Notes under the pieces: generated by a model
What the model was told of the DNA's origin: nothing
The model's input: only the letters and a program-made list of their open reading frames with translations
The model's database searches: none
Translations under genes and position numbers: made by a program
From: Nitrospiraceae bacterium
Lineage (GTDB): Bacteria > Hydrogenedentota > Hydrogenedentia > Hydrogenedentales > SLHB01
Direction: 5' to 3'
Length of the DNA stretch: 44,489 nt
Assembly: GCA_011682535.1 (NCBI GenBank)
Contig: JAACEL010000001.1
Span: 1 to 44,489, forward strand
Shown: positions 25,787-35,217 of the stretch, one piece after another
Layout of the letters: each line of letters starts with the position of its first letter
Position numbering within the stretch: position 1 is the stretch's first letter

Positions 25787-26562
25787 GTGGCTGTGCCGGG
25801 GGCGCCGGCGAAGAGGGCGTCGAGGATAGCGCGCACTTCCTGAGTTTGCCGGTCCGTGCCGGTAAGTGGAGATTGTCCTTCGAGGTCGGCTTCGGCAATA
25901 TCGGGGTCGAGGGAGAGTGTGCCGAGGAGGGGGAGTCCGTCGAGGTAGGGGGTGATGCGGTTAATGTCGAGGCCGGGCGGGATTTTGTTGACGACGACGC
26001 CGAGCCGGGGGACGTGGATTTCGCCCGCGAGGCGGCGGATGGTCTGGGCGGTCTGGAGGCTGCGTTGGCCGGGTTCGACGACGATGATCATCACGGTGAC
26101 GGCTTGTGCGGTGGCCCGGCCGAGGTGTTCGATACCGGCTTCCATGTCGAGGATGACGACTTCGTCGGGGCGGAGAAGCAGGTGGGTTACGAGGGCTTTG
26201 AGTAGGGCGCTCTCGGGGCAAATGCAGCCGCTTCCGCCAGTGGACACGCCGCCGAGGGTCAGGAGGCGTACGCCGTTGACCTCGCGACTGAAGCGTTCGG
26301 GGAGATCGCGCACGTCGGGGTTGATTTTGAAGTAGGAACCGTACCCCTCCCGCGAGTCGGTGCGTTCTCGGATCAATTCGCGCATCTGGCTGATGGGCTT
26401 CGGGGCTTCGCCGGGCGCGAGACCCAGGGCGGACGCCAAGTTGGCATCGGGATCGGCATCAACGGCGATGACGGGGCGCCCTTCGTTGGCCAGTGTGCGC
26501 GCGAGCAGCGCGGCGAGCGTGGTTTTTCCCGTTCCGCCTTTGCCGGAGATAGCGATCTTCAT
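25783..26562 (-). CDS. cooC: CODH nickel-insertion accessory ATPase CooC
   Basis: MKIAISGKGGTGKTTLAALLA (deviant Walker A), VDADPDANL, and the metal-binding Cys-x-Cys motif GCICPES. Divergent from cooS. Confidence 0.9.
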   Translation of the reverse strand: MKIAISGKGGTGKTTLAALLARTLANEGRPVIAVDADPDANLASALGLAPGEAPKPISQMRELIRERTDSREGYGSYFKINPDVRDLPERFSREVNGVRLLTLGGVSTGGSGCICPESALLKALVTHLLLRPDEVVILDMEAGIEHLGRATAQAVTVMIIVVEPGQRSLQTAQTIRRLAGEIHVPRLGVVVNKIPPGLDINRITPYLDGLPLLGTLSLDPDIAEADLEGQSPLTGTDRQTQEVRAILDALFAGAPGTAT

Positions 26563-26837
26563 GTGCGTATCCTTTTTTGGGTTTCGTAGCGGAAACATGC
26601 GGAAGGGGCCGCCCATTCCCACCGGCGTCTCCCGCCCCTTTCGTCATCCTGGCGACGTTGCGTGTTGTCCGCTGTACGTTCCCTTCGTTACATGCTTTTC
26701 TTGACTGATAACAGTGTTCAACGCCGGCGTATCCGCGGCGGAGTGACACCATACCTTGTCCACGTAGGAGAAACCTAACGCGGAGAGGCAAACCACTTGC
26801 ATCAGGCAAGAGATCCTGGTGCGAAATCGCAATCAAC

Positions 26838-26866
26838 TTGACATGGGGTTGGCGCTAATGTACAGT
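26838..26866 (+). promoter_or_regulatory. Strong sigma-70-type promoter candidate for the cooS-acs operon
   Basis: TTGACA (26838-26843), 17-nt spacer, TACAGT (26861-26866). It implies a 5' UTR of about 235 nt before cooS. Confidence 0.6.
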
Positions 26867-27107
26867 ACCTCTGTTTGTCGCAAGAGTACAGTATCTCTAT
26901 AGAGTTGGTCGAGAATATGGGTTTGATGGTGGTAACGCTGAAGCGCCGATGTGGCTTGGGGACCGTGTTCTTGAGTGGTTTCCCGATTCAAAAATCTTGG
27001 GACGCGAATATATCAAGGAAGTTTGGCGTTTAGGACACTAGTCGGCCTTTAGATCTGTCCAAACATTGGTGAATACCTCAATCAATCCAATCTCAGCAGG
27101 AGGATAT

Positions 27108-29084
27108 GTGGTGTCGTCGAAGAAAGAGCGTAGCGTTGATCCGGCAGCCCAAGAGATTCTGGGTATCGCCGCGCAAGAGTCGCAGCAGGTGGCCTATGAC
27201 CGCTACGAGGCCATGCAGCCACAGTGTGGGTACGGGCAACTGGGCATCTGCTGCCACAACTGCAACATGGGGCCTTGCCGCGTCGACCCGTTCGGCGACG
27301 GTCCCCAGGAGGGCATCTGCGGAGCGTCCGCGGACGTGATTGTGGCGCGCAACCTGGCGCGGCGGTCTGCCGTGGGCTCCGCGGCCCATTCCGATCACGG
27401 TCGCGACATTGTGCACCTGCTTCTGTCCACCGCCCGAGGAGAGTCTCAGGGCTATAGCATCAAGGGTGTAGTGAAGCTGCGGAAGCTGGCCCGGGAATGG
27501 GGCATAGGGATCGAGGACGCCACGTCGGCGCAACTGGCGGAGAAGGTGGCCGAGGCGGCCTTGGCGGAGTTCGGCAAGCAGGAAGGCGAACTTCGCTTCG
27601 TCGAGCGGGCTCCCCAGAAGGTGCGCGAGCGGTGGGAGCAGATGGGGGTGACGCCGGGCGGCGTGGACCGCGACATCGTGGGCGTGTTGCACAGCACGAA
27701 CATGGGCGGCTCGAACGAGGCGTTACACCTCCTACGCAACTGCGTTCGCGCGGGTCTGGCCGACGGCTGGGGTGGCTCGATGATCGCCACGGAACTGAGC
27801 GATATCCTCCTGGGTGAGCCCCAACCTCTGGTATCCGAAGCTAACTTGGGCGTGTTGAAGGAAGACCATGTCAACATCCTCGTGCACGGTCACGAACCGG
27901 GCCTGTCCGACGCGCTTGTGACGGCGTCGCAGTCGCCGAAGGTGTTGGCGGCGTGCGAGAAAGCGGGGGCCAAGGGGCTCCAATTGGCCGGGATCTGCTG
28001 TACGGCCAACGAGATCCTGATGCGTCACGGCGTGCCCATCGCGGGGAATTTCCTGCACCAGGAGTTTGCCCTGGTGACTGGGGCCGTGGAGATGATGGTC
28101 GTCGACATCCAGTGCATTTTCCCCGCTCTCAAGGACTTGGCGAGGCACTACCACACCAAAGTGGTCAGCACGTCGCCCAAGGCCCATTTCGAGGGGTTCC
28201 AGCACATTGAGTTCGACGAGAGCAGAGCCCTCGACAGCGCCGAAGAGATCCTGCTGGCGGGCGTGGAGAACTTCGCGAACCGCGACCCGGAGAAGGTCCA
28301 CATTCCGTCCGACAAGTCCCCCCTCGTTGCGGGGTTCACGACCGAAAGCATCTTCGATCACCTGGGCGGTCGCTACCGCCCGTCCTATCGCCCGCTGAAC
28401 AACGGCATTATGGAGGGACGCTTGCGCGGCGTCGTGGGCGTCGTGGGGTGCAACACGGTCAAGCAGTGCCAGGACGAAGGCCATCTGGAGATGGTCAAGG
28501 AGCTTTTGCGGCACGATGTGCTCATCGTGCAGACCGGGTGCTCGGCCATTGCGTGCGGTAAGGCCGGCTTGCTCATGCCCGAAGCGGCGGACCTGTATGC
28601 CGGCCGGGGTCTCAAGGAGATCTGCGACGCAGTCGGTCTGCCGCCGTGTCTGCACCTTGGCTCGTGCGTGGACAACTCCCGCATCCTGACGGCGTGTATC
28701 GAAATCTGCCGCGAGGGCGGGTTGGGCGAGGACTTCGCGGACTTGCCGGTGGCCGGGGCCGCGCCCGAATGGATGAGCGACAAGGCCATCGCTATCGGGT
28801 TCTACGTGGTCGGTTCGGGCGTGTTCACCGTGACGGGCGACCCGTTGCCGGTGCTGGGCAGCCCGATGGTGAAGGAGTACCTGACCGATGGGATGGAGAA
28901 GGACTTCGGCGCTAAGTTCGCTTTCGAGAGTGACCCGGTCAAGGCGGCCCATCTCATCATCGACCATCTGGACAGCAAGCGCGAAGCTCTGCACCTTGAC
29001 TCCATGATGTACGAACCCCGCCCCGTCGAGACCGTCGGCCAACCGTTGCAATTGGAGGCCGCCGAGGCGGTCGCGGCCGGCTAG
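27108..29084 (+). CDS. cooS: Anaerobic Ni,Fe carbon-monoxide dehydrogenase catalytic subunit
   Basis: N-terminal cluster motif CGYGQLGICCHNCNMGPCRV...GICGASADVIVARN, plus CooS-wide similarity and length. The RBS AGGAGG at 27098-27103 favours GTG 27108 or 27111. The longest ORF starts at TTG 27066. Confidence 0.95.
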   Translation: MVSSKKERSVDPAAQEILGIAAQESQQVAYDRYEAMQPQCGYGQLGICCHNCNMGPCRVDPFGDGPQEGICGASADVIVARNLARRSAVGSAAHSDHGRDIVHLLLSTARGESQGYSIKGVVKLRKLAREWGIGIEDATSAQLAEKVAEAALAEFGKQEGELRFVERAPQKVRERWEQMGVTPGGVDRDIVGVLHSTNMGGSNEALHLLRNCVRAGLADGWGGSMIATELSDILLGEPQPLVSEANLGVLKEDHVNILVHGHEPGLSDALVTASQSPKVLAACEKAGAKGLQLAGICCTANEILMRHGVPIAGNFLHQEFALVTGAVEMMVVDIQCIFPALKDLARHYHTKVVSTSPKAHFEGFQHIEFDESRALDSAEEILLAGVENFANRDPEKVHIPSDKSPLVAGFTTESIFDHLGGRYRPSYRPLNNGIMEGRLRGVVGVVGCNTVKQCQDEGHLEMVKELLRHDVLIVQTGCSAIACGKAGLLMPEAADLYAGRGLKEICDAVGLPPCLHLGSCVDNSRILTACIEICREGGLGEDFADLPVAGAAPEWMSDKAIAIGFYVVGSGVFTVTGDPLPVLGSPMVKEYLTDGMEKDFGAKFAFESDPVKAAHLIIDHLDSKREALHLDSMMYEPRPVETVGQPLQLEAAEAVAAG

Positions 29085-29123
29085 CCGGTCGAGGGAACTA
29101 CGGGAACAAGCGAGGTCGGAATC

Positions 29124-29645
29124 GTGAAGCATATGCTCGTTGTCAACGTAAGGAAGTGCTTGGGGTGTAAATCGTGCGAGGTGGCGTGCGCCGTTGAGCA
29201 TTCGGAGTCTCGGGACTTGTTCACGGCTATTCAGGAAAAGCCCGCCCCGCGCACGCGAGTGCGCGTGGGCCAAGGCGAGGGGTTCGCCGTACCCCTGCAA
29301 TGCCGTCATTGCGAAGACGCGCCGTGCATCAAGATCTGCCCGACGGCCGCCCTGTATCGCGCCGATGCCGACAGCCCCGTGGTGTTGAACCAGGACCAAT
29401 GCATCGGCTGCAACTGGTGTGTGCTGGCGTGTCCGTTCGGCGTCATCTCGTTTGACGCCCAAGGCCGGACATTGCTCAAGTGCGACCAGTGCTTCGAGCG
29501 CGTTGAGCGCGGGGAACGTCCCGCGTGCGTCGAAGGCTGTCCTTCGGGCGCGTTGGCGTTCAAGACGGCCGACGAGGTGGTTGCCGGGAAACAGGCCGCT
29601 TCTTTGGTGCAAATTGAGGCCGGATTGGGCGGAGAGGACGCATGA
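29124..29645 (+). CDS. cooF: CooF-type 4x[4Fe-4S] ferredoxin
   Basis: [37 protein letters not shown] and CDQC...CVEGCP are the four cluster motifs of CooF/HycB-type proteins. GTG start with a GAGGT RBS. Confidence 0.9.
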   Translation: MKHMLVVNVRKCLGCKSCEVACAVEHSESRDLFTAIQEKPAPRTRVRVGQGEGFAVPLQCRHCEDAPCIKICPTAALYRADADSPVVLNQDQCIGCNWCVLACPFGVISFDAQGRTLLKCDQCFERVERGERPACVEGCPSGALAFKTADEVVAGKQAASLVQIEAGLGGEDA

Positions 29646-32107
29646 GTGTAGTCACGCCGCCCGAGACAGACGCGGTCCTGGACGAGGTGCTTGGGCACTA
29701 CCCGGCCGAGCCGGCGTCGCTGATCTCCGTGTTGCAGGACGTGCAGGGGGCGTTGAACTACCTGCCGCGGGAAGCGCTCGAGCGGATATCCTCCACATTA
29801 GGCGTGCCACGCAACCAGTCCTACCACGTGGCGACGTTTTTCAAGGCATTCACCCTCGAGCCCCGTGGCCAGCACACGATCAAGGTATGCATGGGCACGG
29901 CGTGCCACGTGCGCGGCGCGCCGCGGATCCTCGAGGAGTTGTCGCGGCAACTCGAGATCGGGCCCGGCGAAACGTCGGCGGACGGCGAGTTTACGCTCGA
30001 GACGGTGAATTGTGTCGGGGCCTGCGCGCTGGGTCCGGTAGTGGTGGTGGACGAGCACTGCTACAAGGCGTCGCCCGCGACGGTGGGGAAGCTGATCGCA
30101 AACGCCCGGGAGGGGATTGTCGAGGGGCCTTCGGTGGTTTTTCCGGAGGATTTCGGCGCGAAACCGTGTGCGTGTTCCCGGCTCGATTCGGGGACGGTGA
30201 GCATCTCTGTGTGCGGGGGGACGGGCTGCCAGGCGTACGGATGCGAGGTGGTGGCCTCGGCCGTCGAAGAGGCGCTTGACACGCTGGGTGTCCGGGACCG
30301 CGTGGCGTTTTACAAAACGGGGTGCCACGGTTTTTGCGAGCGTGGACCCATCGCGGTGATTCGTCCAGAACACGTTTTTTATCAGCACGTTCGGCCCGAA
30401 GACGTGGCCGAAATCGTGACCAAGACGGTGGTGGGCGGCGAGGTGATCGACCGCTTGCTGTACCGGGACCCCATCGAGGACAAGCCCGTCGTCAAAGAGA
30501 GCGAGATCCCGTTCTATGCGGGTCAGCAGCGGCTGATCTTTGGGGACAACGGCCTCATCTCGCCCGATAGAATCGACGATTACCTCAAGCGGGGCGGGTA
30601 TGAGGGGTTGCGCAAAGCCCTGACGATGGAGCCCGAGGCCGTCATCGACGAGGTGACGCGGGCGGGATTGCGTGGGCGCGGAGGCGGCGGGTTCTTGACG
30701 GGCCGGAAATGGACGAGTTGCCGCAAGGCCCATGGCGAACCAAAATATGTGATTTGCAATGCGGACGAGGGCGATCCGGGTGCGTATATGGATCGCAGTC
30801 TGCTCGAGGGAAATCCGCACCGCGTACTCGAGGGGATGATCATCGGCGCCCACGCCATCGGGTCGAATGAAGGCTACGTGTACGTGCGCGACGAATATCC
30901 CCTGGCGGTCAAGAACATCAATGTGGCCATCGAACAGGCGCGCGAACGGGGTTTCCTGGGCGAGAACATCCTCGACAGCGGGTTCCGTTTCGACGTGCGG
31001 GTGGTGCGGGGTGGCGGCGCGTTCGTGTGCGGCGAATCGACGGCACTGATGACGTCGCTCGAGGGCCGGGCCGGGGAACCGCGGGCCAAGTACATCCACA
31101 CGGTCGATAGCGGCCTGTGGGGGAAACCTTCGAATCTGAACAACGTCGAGACGTGGGCCAACGTACCGTTGATCATCAGCCAGGGCGCCGAGCAGTATGC
31201 CAAAGTGGGCACGGATGGCTCGAAGGGCACCAAGATCTTCTCGCTGGTAGGGAAGATCGTCAATACCGGCCTGGTCGAAGTGCCCATGGGCGTGACGCTG
31301 CGCCATATCATATTTGACATCGGGGGCGGGATCCCCGGCGGCAGAGGTTTCAAGGCGGTCCAGACCGGCGGTCCTTCGGGCGGCTGCCTCCCGGAATCGC
31401 TGCTGGATCTCGAGGTGGACTTCGACGAACTGACCAAAGCGGGTTCGATGATGGGGTCGGGCGGGATGATCGTTTTAGACGAGGATTCGTGCATGGTCGA
31501 CGTGGCCAAGTACTTCCTCAACTTCCTGATGGAGGAGTCGTGCGGGAAGTGTGTGCCGTGCCGCGAGGGCGTGCGGCGGATGCACGACATCCTGGATCGA
31601 ATGACGAAAGGGGAAGGGCGCGAGGGTGACATCGAACTGCTCGAGGAGCTTTCGGAGGCCGTGATTGACGGGTCGTTGTGCGCGCTAGGCGGCTCGGCGC
31701 CGAATCCGGTGCTGAGCACGCTACGGTACTTCCGTGAGGAGTACGAGGCGCATATCAACGAGCAGCGGTGCCCGGCCGGTGCGTGTAAGGCGCTGATCCT
31801 CTACGTCATCGACGCCGAGAAATGTACGGGATGCCGGGCGTGCGCGAAGAAGTGTCCAGTGGACGCCATCACTGGCGAGCTTAAAGGGCCGCATGAGATC
31901 GATTTCTCGAAGTGCATTAAGTGCGGTATCTGCAAAGATACGTGCAAGTTCGATTCTGTGATTATCGACGTGCAAAAGGACGCCGGGCGGATTGAAAAGG
32001 CCGTGAAGGTGGCCGTGGCGGAGAAGAAGAAGGCGCTGGCAGCAAAGCCTAAAGCGAAGCCCAAAGCAAAAGCAAAGCCCAAAAGAAAGCCCAAGGCCGG
32101 GAAGTGA
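29642..32107 (+). CDS. Fused NuoE-like / HydB-NuoF-like NAD(P)H flavoprotein with a C-terminal 2x[4Fe-4S] domain and a Lys/Pro/Ala tail
   Basis: - NuoE 2Fe-2S: CMGTAC...CVGAC.
- Second thioredoxin-like 2Fe-2S: CGGTGC...CHGFC.
- FMN/NADH motifs: [13 protein letters not shown] and [15 protein letters not shown].
- N3 cluster: [10 protein letters not shown]...CALG.
- Ferredoxin motifs: [12 protein letters not shown] and [11 protein letters not shown].
- Tail: [27 protein letters not shown].
- ATGA overlap with cooF. Confidence 0.85.
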   Translation: MSVVTPPETDAVLDEVLGHYPAEPASLISVLQDVQGALNYLPREALERISSTLGVPRNQSYHVATFFKAFTLEPRGQHTIKVCMGTACHVRGAPRILEELSRQLEIGPGETSADGEFTLETVNCVGACALGPVVVVDEHCYKASPATVGKLIANAREGIVEGPSVVFPEDFGAKPCACSRLDSGTVSISVCGGTGCQAYGCEVVASAVEEALDTLGVRDRVAFYKTGCHGFCERGPIAVIRPEHVFYQHVRPEDVAEIVTKTVVGGEVIDRLLYRDPIEDKPVVKESEIPFYAGQQRLIFGDNGLISPDRIDDYLKRGGYEGLRKALTMEPEAVIDEVTRAGLRGRGGGGFLTGRKWTSCRKAHGEPKYVICNADEGDPGAYMDRSLLEGNPHRVLEGMIIGAHAIGSNEGYVYVRDEYPLAVKNINVAIEQARERGFLGENILDSGFRFDVRVVRGGGAFVCGESTALMTSLEGRAGEPRAKYIHTVDSGLWGKPSNLNNVETWANVPLIISQGAEQYAKVGTDGSKGTKIFSLVGKIVNTGLVEVPMGVTLRHIIFDIGGGIPGGRGFKAVQTGGPSGGCLPESLLDLEVDFDELTKAGSMMGSGGMIVLDEDSCMVDVAKYFLNFLMEESCGKCVPCREGVRRMHDILDRMTKGEGREGDIELLEELSEAVIDGSLCALGGSAPNPVLSTLRYFREEYEAHINEQRCPAGACKALILYVIDAEKCTGCRACAKKCPVDAITGELKGPHEIDFSKCIKCGICKDTCKFDSVIIDVQKDAGRIEKAVKVAVAEKKKALAAKPKAKPKAKAKPKRKPKAGK

Positions 32108-32148
32108 CCCGGCAAGAAGATAACGCAACCAGTAGGGAATGGTGGTAG

Positions 32149-32952
32149 GTGTCGGATCAGGCGAGTGAGAATAAGGAAATCCAGTTCACGCTGGACGGAC
32201 AGTCCGTCTACGCGCGGCCCGGCGAGACGGTGTTGGGCGTAGCGAAGCGGATGGGGATCGAGATTCCGGCCCTGTGTCACCATGACGCGGTTTCCCCGTA
32301 TGGGGCCTGCCGTTTGTGCGTGGTTGAAGTGTTCTGGGGCAAGCGCTCGAAACTGGTCACGTCGTGCATCTACACGCCGTGGGAGGGCGATGTCGTCGAG
32401 ACCGGCAGCGACCGAGTGTGTCGGACGCGCCGAATGGTGCTTTCGCTGCTGTTGGCGCGTTGCCCGGAAGTCGAAACGCTCCAGGACATGGCACGCGAAT
32501 ATGGCGCGGCCGCGCCGTTTGACACGGCGGAGGAGGATGGCAGCGAGCGGTGCATTCTGTGCGGTCTGTGCGTGCGCGTGTGCGACGAAGTGGTGGGCCA
32601 ACACGCCATCGGCCACGCGCATCGTGGCATGGAGCGGGCCATTTCCGCGCCGTTTGCGGACCGCTCCGACGACTGTATCGGGTGTGCCGCGTGCGTTTAT
32701 ATCTGCCCGACGGGGGCGTTGCATTATGAGGATGTCGACGGGCGGCGTACGATGGTGGAGCTTCAGACGGACGTGCCCCTTTTTCCCTGCCGGGTGTGCG
32801 GGGCGCATTTCGCGCCTGTGGAGCAGGTTGAACGGGTTCGCGAGTGTCTGAAACTCCCCGAGGCGCTCGCGGAGACGTGTCCGGACTGCCGAGGGCGTGA
32901 GATTAGAGGAATAATGGAAGAGGTCTTGGCCGTGCCGCGGTCGAAGGCCTAA
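32149..32952 (+). CDS. 2Fe-2S plus 2x[4Fe-4S] protein resembling the N-terminus of HydA/NuoG/HylA, with no catalytic domain
   Basis: IQFTLDGQSVYARPGETVL...LCHHD...GACRLCVVEV (plant-type 2Fe-2S fold as in NuoG/HydA). CILCGLCVRVC and CIGCAACVYICP. An extra C-terminal CRVC...CPDC pair. At 267 aa it has no H-cluster or molybdopterin region. Confidence 0.8.
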   Translation: MSDQASENKEIQFTLDGQSVYARPGETVLGVAKRMGIEIPALCHHDAVSPYGACRLCVVEVFWGKRSKLVTSCIYTPWEGDVVETGSDRVCRTRRMVLSLLLARCPEVETLQDMAREYGAAAPFDTAEEDGSERCILCGLCVRVCDEVVGQHAIGHAHRGMERAISAPFADRSDDCIGCAACVYICPTGALHYEDVDGRRTMVELQTDVPLFPCRVCGAHFAPVEQVERVRECLKLPEALAETCPDCRGREIRGIMEEVLAVPRSKA

Positions 32953-32986
32953 ACCTGGAACTAGCGTAAAACGAGGAACAGCAGCC

Positions 32987-35167
32987 ATGAGTCGAGAAGT
33001 GATGTCGGCGGTAATCCGCGGCGCGAGAGGCTTTGTTCGGGAGGCCGAGGAGGCGCTCCAGGCCGCGCTTGAAGCCAAAGGGCCGGAGCAGGAAGTGGGC
33101 TTTCCGGGAACGGCGTTCTATTTGCCCATGGCGTGCGCCCTCATGGGTGTGGAAGCCAAGAAAGTGAAGGATCTGGAAGCCATCGTGGAACACTGCAAGT
33201 CTCTCGTCGGGATGGAGCCGACCGAGAAGATGTGGCTACCGTATCTGGGTCGTGGGCTGGACGGCGGCGTAGCGGCGCTATTGGCGCAGGAGGTAACCTG
33301 CGCCATTCGTTACCTGAACGAGGAGAAGATTGAGGCCGAACATACGGGCTTCATCTCCGACGCGATCCTGCGCGAACTGGGCATCCAGTTGGTGGATGGC
33401 CGCATGCCGGGCTTCGCTGCGATTCTCGGGCCTGCGCCGACGAACAAGATCGCCGTCGACACGGTGCGCGAACTCCAACAACGCAGCATACTCGCGTTCT
33501 TGCTGTGTAACACCGATGGCCGCTCCATGTACGACCAGCTTGTGGAAGAGGGCGTCGAAATGGGATGGAACACCTACATCGTTCCCGTCGGACGCGACAC
33601 GACCTCGGCCATCTACGTACTCAACTGGGCCATGCGGGGCGCGTTGACTTTCGGTGGCCACAAGAAGGGCGATTACGAAAGCTGCCTGAGGTACTGCCGC
33701 GAGCGCATCTTCGCGTTCGGCCTGACCTTCGGTCCGATTCCGGACGACTGGTACGCTGTGGGCGCGGGGGCCATCGTCATGGGCTTCCCGGTGATCTCCG
33801 ACCACGCTTCGACCCCCGAAGTGCGGCCCACGGGCGTGACGACCTATGAGGCTCTGATACGCGAAACCGACCACTCCAAGCTCGTGCCGAGGGCCATCGA
33901 GGTGCGTGGCGTGAAGGTCAAGGTCGAGGAAATCGATATCCCGGTGGCCTACGCGGCGGCCTTCGAGGGCGAGCGCGTGCGGCGCGAGGACATGCAGACC
34001 CAGTACGGCGGGAAGTACTCCAATGCGGTCGAGTTTCTGCGCAGCCGGGAATCCGACGAGGTGGAAGACGGCCGCGTCGAGGTGATCGGTCCGGATCTCG
34101 ATGAGGCGAGTCCGGACGTGTCGTTGGATCTTGGCATTCTCATCGAGGTGGCGGGACGCAAGATGCGGCCCGATTTCGAGGGTATCCTGGAGCGTCAGCT
34201 CCATCGCTATTTGAACAACGCCATGGGCGTGATGCACATTGCCCAGCGCGACCAACTCTGGTTGCGCGTCAGCAAGGACGCCTGCGAGGCCGGGTTCCGC
34301 CTCAAGCATCTGGGCACGATTCTGCACGCCAAGTTCCTGGAGGAGTACGGAGGAATCGTCGACAAAGTTCAGGTGACGGTCTACACGGAGGCCGACAAAG
34401 TGGCGCAGTTGCTCCAAGAAGCCGGTCCGGCGTTCGACGCGCGTGATGCCCGCGTCCGCGGCATGACGGACGAGTCCGTCGACACGTTCTATTCGTGCAC
34501 CATTTGTCAGTCATACGCGCCCAATCACGTGTGCGTCATCACCCCGGAGCGCCTGGGCTTGTGCGGCGCCTACAATTGGCTGGATGGCCAGGCGTCTCAC
34601 GAGATCAATCCCACCGGTCCGAACCAGCCCATCAAGAAGGGCCAACCGATCGATCCCAAGCGGGGTGAGTGGAAGGGCGTCAACGATTTCGTCTACGCGC
34701 ATTCGAACCGGGCCACGGAGCAGTTCTCGGCGTATTCGCTCATGGAGAACCCGATGACGTCGTGTGGGTGCTTCGAGGTCATCGTGGCGATCCTGCCCGA
34801 GTGCAACGGGGTGATCGGCGTAAGTCGTGAATATCAGGGCGAGACGCCCATCGGTATGCCTTTCAGCACCTTGGCGGGGTCCGTGGGCGGAGGGGCGCAG
34901 ACCCCTGGTTTTGTCGGCGTGGGCCGGCTGTATCTGAGTTCGCGGAAGTTTGTGTCCGCGGAAGGCGGGTTGCCGCGCTTGGTGTGGCTGCCCAAGGAAC
35001 TCAAGGAAGCGATTCGCCCTCAGCTCGAAGCGCGGGCGAAGGAGATGGGATTCGAGAACTTCGTGGACAAGATCGCGGACGAGACCATCGCCACGGACAG
35101 CGACGGCGTGATGGCCTTCCTGGAGAAAGTTGAACATCCGGCGTTTACCCTCGACCCGCTCATGTAG
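32987..35167 (+). CDS. acsB: CO-methylating acetyl-CoA synthase (ACS, A-cluster subunit)
   Basis: CTICQSYAPNHVCVITPERLGLCGA ([4Fe-4S] ligands) and TSCGCFE (the Cys-Gly-Cys Ni-Ni site). The 726-aa length is that of a bacterial AcsB. Confidence 0.95.
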   Translation: MSREVMSAVIRGARGFVREAEEALQAALEAKGPEQEVGFPGTAFYLPMACALMGVEAKKVKDLEAIVEHCKSLVGMEPTEKMWLPYLGRGLDGGVAALLAQEVTCAIRYLNEEKIEAEHTGFISDAILRELGIQLVDGRMPGFAAILGPAPTNKIAVDTVRELQQRSILAFLLCNTDGRSMYDQLVEEGVEMGWNTYIVPVGRDTTSAIYVLNWAMRGALTFGGHKKGDYESCLRYCRERIFAFGLTFGPIPDDWYAVGAGAIVMGFPVISDHASTPEVRPTGVTTYEALIRETDHSKLVPRAIEVRGVKVKVEEIDIPVAYAAAFEGERVRREDMQTQYGGKYSNAVEFLRSRESDEVEDGRVEVIGPDLDEASPDVSLDLGILIEVAGRKMRPDFEGILERQLHRYLNNAMGVMHIAQRDQLWLRVSKDACEAGFRLKHLGTILHAKFLEEYGGIVDKVQVTVYTEADKVAQLLQEAGPAFDARDARVRGMTDESVDTFYSCTICQSYAPNHVCVITPERLGLCGAYNWLDGQASHEINPTGPNQPIKKGQPIDPKRGEWKGVNDFVYAHSNRATEQFSAYSLMENPMTSCGCFEVIVAILPECNGVIGVSREYQGETPIGMPFSTLAGSVGGGAQTPGFVGVGRLYLSSRKFVSAEGGLPRLVWLPKELKEAIRPQLEARAKEMGFENFVDKIADETIATDSDGVMAFLEKVEHPAFTLDPLM

Positions 35168-35217
35168 CGTAGGCACGTCGCCATCCCGGGACGGGATAGG
35201 AGAAGGAGACCAGATCC

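Noticed and set aside
26563-26837. Promoter for cooC on the minus strand
   Set aside because: I could not find a -35/-10 pair with acceptable spacing. Only weak candidates exist (e.g. TACAGC near 26672), so no feature is reported.
26871-26895. Possible CRP/CooA-type palindrome (TGTCG-N6-TACAG) just downstream of the cooS -10 box
   Set aside because: The half-sites are not reverse complements of each other and do not match the TGTCA-N6-TGACA-type consensus. Only the direct repeat GTACAGTA is solid.
26917-27033. 38-codon upstream ORF (MGLMVVTLKRRCGLGTVFLSGFPIQKSWDANISRKFGV) inside the cooS leader
   Set aside because: It has only a weak GAG-type RBS, and third-position GC (about 59%) is well below that of neighbouring genes. 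I treat it as part of the untranslated leader unless ribosome profiling says otherwise.
27732-29612. Very long antisense or off-frame ORFs across real genes. Examples: 27732..29612 -, 29798..31306 -, 36534..38084 -, 33278..34417 -, 17913..19364 -, 15311..16477 -, 21337..22521 -, 5444..6076 -, 10918..11790 +, 20766..22382 +.
   Set aside because: Their translations are Arg/Pro/Ala/Gly-rich low-complexity strings with no motifs. Each fully overlaps a gene with unmistakable family signatures. They are typical shadow ORFs of high-GC DNA.
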